Shown here: one piece after another, positions 30,773-33,239 of the stretch | How positions within the stretch are numbered: the stretch's first letter is position 1 | Layout of the letters: each line of letters starts with the position of its first letter | From: Bacteroidales bacterium | GTDB taxonomy: Bacteria; Bacteroidota; Bacteroidia; Bacteroidales; FEN-979 | Assembly: GCA_036796175.1 (NCBI GenBank) | Contig: DAIRDK010000002.1 | Span: forward strand, 1-33,239 | Direction: 5' to 3' | Length of the DNA: 33,239 nt | Notes under the pieces: model-generated | What the model saw: the letters and a program-made list of their open reading frames with translations, nothing else | The model's database searches: none | Told to the model about the DNA's origin: nothing | Program-made: the position numbers and the translations under genes

Positions 30773-33035
30773 CCTTCTTCAGTTTCAGCATCCGTGCTCC
30801 GTGCGGCAGCACCTTCACTTCGAAGTGATCCCTGATCGGACCGAGGTCACGTTGTGACCAGAGATCGCGCAGGTCCCATTTCCCTTCCATCCGCAGGTAT
30901 TCCATCGTGACATGGATGAACATGGGATGTTCCATGAGGTTGAATACCCCGATGACCACCGTGCTGTCTTCCATCTCTTTCTTCCAGATCTGCCACTCTT
31001 CATTGGCTTGGATCTGCAGGGCCTGCCTCCCCAGCGGATCCTGGTTCACGGCCAGCACTTCGTCGTTGGTGAGGAGGTTCAGGGTGAACGGATCGAGCTG
31101 GCTGAGGTCGCAGCCGATCAGCAGGGGAGCGGCCAGCATGGACCAGAGGGTGATGTGGGTGTACTGCTCGTTCGGCGTGAGGTTGGTGTAGTGCAGGGCA
31201 GGACCCCAGCCGACCCATCCGACAACGAGCATGTCCGGGTCGTTCCAACGCCCCGGGGCTGCGTATGGCGAGCATTTTCCCTGGCTGAATCCGATCTCCG
31301 ACAGGCTCTCCCAGGTGTCGGTGATGTCGCCGGTGGTGCGCCAGGAGTTGCCGTCCACCGTCGCCCCCCATTTCCACACTTCCCCCATGCCATACTGGCA
31401 TAGGCTGTAATGGATGTCGCGCCCGTAGGTCCGGATGGCCCGTTTCATCAGCTTGTAGGGACGCTCCAGCTGCTCCTGGGAAGGGTTCGGCGCGATCTGG
31501 AAATAGGAGCACCAGTCGTACTTCAGGTAATCGATGCCCCATTCCGAATAACTTTTCGCATCCCGGAATTCATACCGGTAACTTCCTTCGTACCCGCCGC
31601 ACGTTTTCGGCCCGGGAGAGGAATAGATCCCGGCTTTAAGGCCAAGGGAGTGGATGTAACCGCATAGCGAGTACATGTTGGGGAATTTGGAATTCGGGCG
31701 GATGACGCTGTCAACATGCGTATCTTCCCATCCATCATCAATATTTATATAGGTCCATCCATGGTTGATCAGCCCGCTGGACACCATGTAATCGGCCGAT
31801 TGGCGGACCTTTTCGTCCGACACGCTCAATCCCCAGCAGTTCCAGCTGTTCCAGCCGAGGGGAGGGGTGAGGGAGATCAGGTCTCCCGATTCGATCCGCA
31901 ATTCGCGCTCGCAATGTCCCAGGTGGTTTTCAACGCAAAGGCGAACCACATAGGTCCCTTTCTTTTCCATCCGGCCGGTGATGATGCCGGTGATGGAATC
32001 CATGGTCAGCGTTTCCGGCAGGTCGAACGCGTGGTACCTGAGCGGCGGTTCGCCGGTTGCGGCCACTTTGAACAGGAACGGTGACCAGGGCCGTACGCCG
32101 AATACTTTGGCCCCGTTGATCCGGGGCTCTTTCGGCGCCGGCGGGGTGAGGATGTACGGCAGTTCGATTTCGGCGGAGACTCTCGAACCCGAGGAACCTT
32201 CGGTGAACGTAACGGATGCCATCACCGGTTGGCGGATCCCTTCGGCCGATGAAAAGGAGAACTCCTGTTTCCCGTTCTTCGGAATGGCCGCAAAGGTGTC
32301 CTGCTCAAAAATGACGTTCCCGTTGGTGCAGGAGACAAGCCTGATGTTCAATACGCCGGAAAAGTCGTTTGCCGATGACAGGTTGGCCAGCGTGAATGTT
32401 TTGCTGACCAGGCTGTCTCCTGAGAAAACCCAGCCGGTGGAGGTGAGATCGAACTTCACGTAATCGGGAAGACCGGCCATGCAGATGGACCGGGGTTTGT
32501 CGAACAGGCCTCCGAGCCCGTCCTGGTCGTAAACACGGATCGCGATCACGTTTTCCTGGTCCCAAAGTATGCGCGGATCGGATACAGGCAGGACATACCT
32601 TCGCGGGGTGTCCCAGATGCCCTGTGCGCCGGTGAAATCGGGCGAAGGTGTTTTACCGCCGGTCATCGTGAAGCAGTTTTCGCCTACCAGGTGTCCGTTC
32701 AGGTAAACCTGGTCGCAGTCGTCGATCTTTCCCAGCAGGAACTGCAGGCTGTCTTTCATTTGGCTTCTTTCCCTGAGCTGCGACGGGATCATGACCCTGA
32801 TCCGGTACCAGGCGTACCCGTTGAGTTTTTCGAACCCCTGCCGTTCCCAGGGTTTGTCGGGCAGTAGGGTCACCCACCCCGAGTCGTCAAAGCCGGGCGC
32901 GGCCCATGCGGTATCGTCACCGGGCTTGAATTTCCACGCCTGGTTCAGATCGACCGCCCCGCTTTGTTCTTCACGGGAGCAACCGGCAATAATCATGGCC
33001 AGCAGGCAGATGCAGAGTAAGAGATGTCGTTTCAT
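30759..33035 (-). CDS. GH27 alpha-galactosidase / alpha-N-acetylgalactosaminidase with N-terminal galactose-binding-like domain
   Basis: Lipoprotein-type signal MKRHLLLCICLLAMIIAGC. The N-terminal jelly-roll resembles GH2-N sugar-binding domains (WKFKPGDD...GWVTLLP..WE..G...NGYAWYR). The catalytic domain has PPLGWNSWNCWG, YINIDDGW and IDYLKYDWC (GH27 nucleophile motif). Confidence 0.85.
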   Translation of the reverse strand: MKRHLLLCICLLAMIIAGCSREEQSGAVDLNQAWKFKPGDDTAWAAPGFDDSGWVTLLPDKPWERQGFEKLNGYAWYRIRVMIPSQLRERSQMKDSLQFLLGKIDDCDQVYLNGHLVGENCFTMTGGKTPSPDFTGAQGIWDTPRRYVLPVSDPRILWDQENVIAIRVYDQDGLGGLFDKPRSICMAGLPDYVKFDLTSTGWVFSGDSLVSKTFTLANLSSANDFSGVLNIRLVSCTNGNVIFEQDTFAAIPKNGKQEFSFSSAEGIRQPVMASVTFTEGSSGSRVSAEIELPYILTPPAPKEPRINGAKVFGVRPWSPFLFKVAATGEPPLRYHAFDLPETLTMDSITGIITGRMEKKGTYVVRLCVENHLGHCERELRIESGDLISLTPPLGWNSWNCWGLSVSDEKVRQSADYMVSSGLINHGWTYINIDDGWEDTHVDSVIRPNSKFPNMYSLCGYIHSLGLKAGIYSSPGPKTCGGYEGSYRYEFRDAKSYSEWGIDYLKYDWCSYFQIAPNPSQEQLERPYKLMKRAIRTYGRDIHYSLCQYGMGEVWKWGATVDGNSWRTTGDITDTWESLSEIGFSQGKCSPYAAPGRWNDPDMLVVGWVGWGPALHYTNLTPNEQYTHITLWSMLAAPLLIGCDLSQLDPFTLNLLTNDEVLAVNQDPLGRQALQIQANEEWQIWKKEMEDSTVVIGVFNLMEHPMFIHVTMEYLRMEGKWDLRDLWSQRDLGPIRDHFEVKVLPHGARMLKLKKVTPS

Positions 33036-33071
33036 GGGGTCTTGTATTTCGTTGGATGTTGGTTTGATGTG

Positions 33072-33239
33072 CTAACGGGTGATGACGACCTCGATCTGGT
33101 CGGTGCGGAAACGGCTTTTCATCCAGTTCTCCAGCCGCTGGCGTTCGGACGGGGCCGGCAGGCGGGTATAAGTGAAACAGCCTAACAGGACCGTGTCGGA
33201 GGAATGGTTTTTAAAGTCCCCGACAACAGATGAGGTAAT
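33072..33239 (-). CDS. C-terminal 55 codons of an unidentified CDS (starts beyond window end)
   Basis: Hand translation of the open minus frame gives ITSSVVGDFKNHSSDTVLLGCFTYTRLPAPSERQRLENWMKSRFRTDQIEVVITR followed by a TAG stop (33074-33072). No family is recognised. Confidence 0.4.
   Translation of the reverse strand: MTSSVVGDFKNHSSDTVLLGCFTYTRLPAPSERQRLENWMKSRFRTDQIEVVITR

Overview
This 33.2-kb chromosomal segment reads as Bacteroidota. The evidence is T9SS C-terminal sorting domains, a FISUMP domain, a CarboxypepD_reg-type TonB receptor, DUF1599/BT_3928-type genes beside folP, TAnnTTTG -7 boxes and no Shine-Dalgarno sites. I call about 34 tightly packed CDS. Most are housekeeping: tsaC, GT9 heptosyltransferase, dapD, ruvX, def, cdaA, folP, tpiA, prmA, plsY, dnaN, csp and a malic enzyme. 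There is also an exported/T9SS-cargo block at about 13-19 kb, a GH27 alpha-galactosidase, and one clearly AT-rich islet carrying a small SAM methyltransferase. I found no rRNA, tRNA, CRISPR array, transposase/integrase or recognisable defence or toxin genes, and no convincing novel multi-gene protein system. The most unusual signal is non-coding. Nine intergenic gaps are largely or wholly filled by tandem arrays of 7- or 8-nt units from a few recurring families (GTGACAGG/GTGACAAG, CGAACAW, AGTGAAR, CGTAGTA, GTTATCG, GGCAATA, CCACCTG/CYACATG, GCCATCCY, TCGTGAAA). A 42-nt palindrome-containing element is present as two identical inverted copies, each supplying the stop codon of the upstream gene. 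Secondary leads are a 1495-aa exported protein of unknown function whose start overlaps the prmA stop, a beta-lactamase-family hydrolase coupled to a Tiki/ChaN-like protein, and a beta-carbonic-anhydrase-like/DUF1003 pair. All protein family calls come from motif recognition by eye, not from searches.
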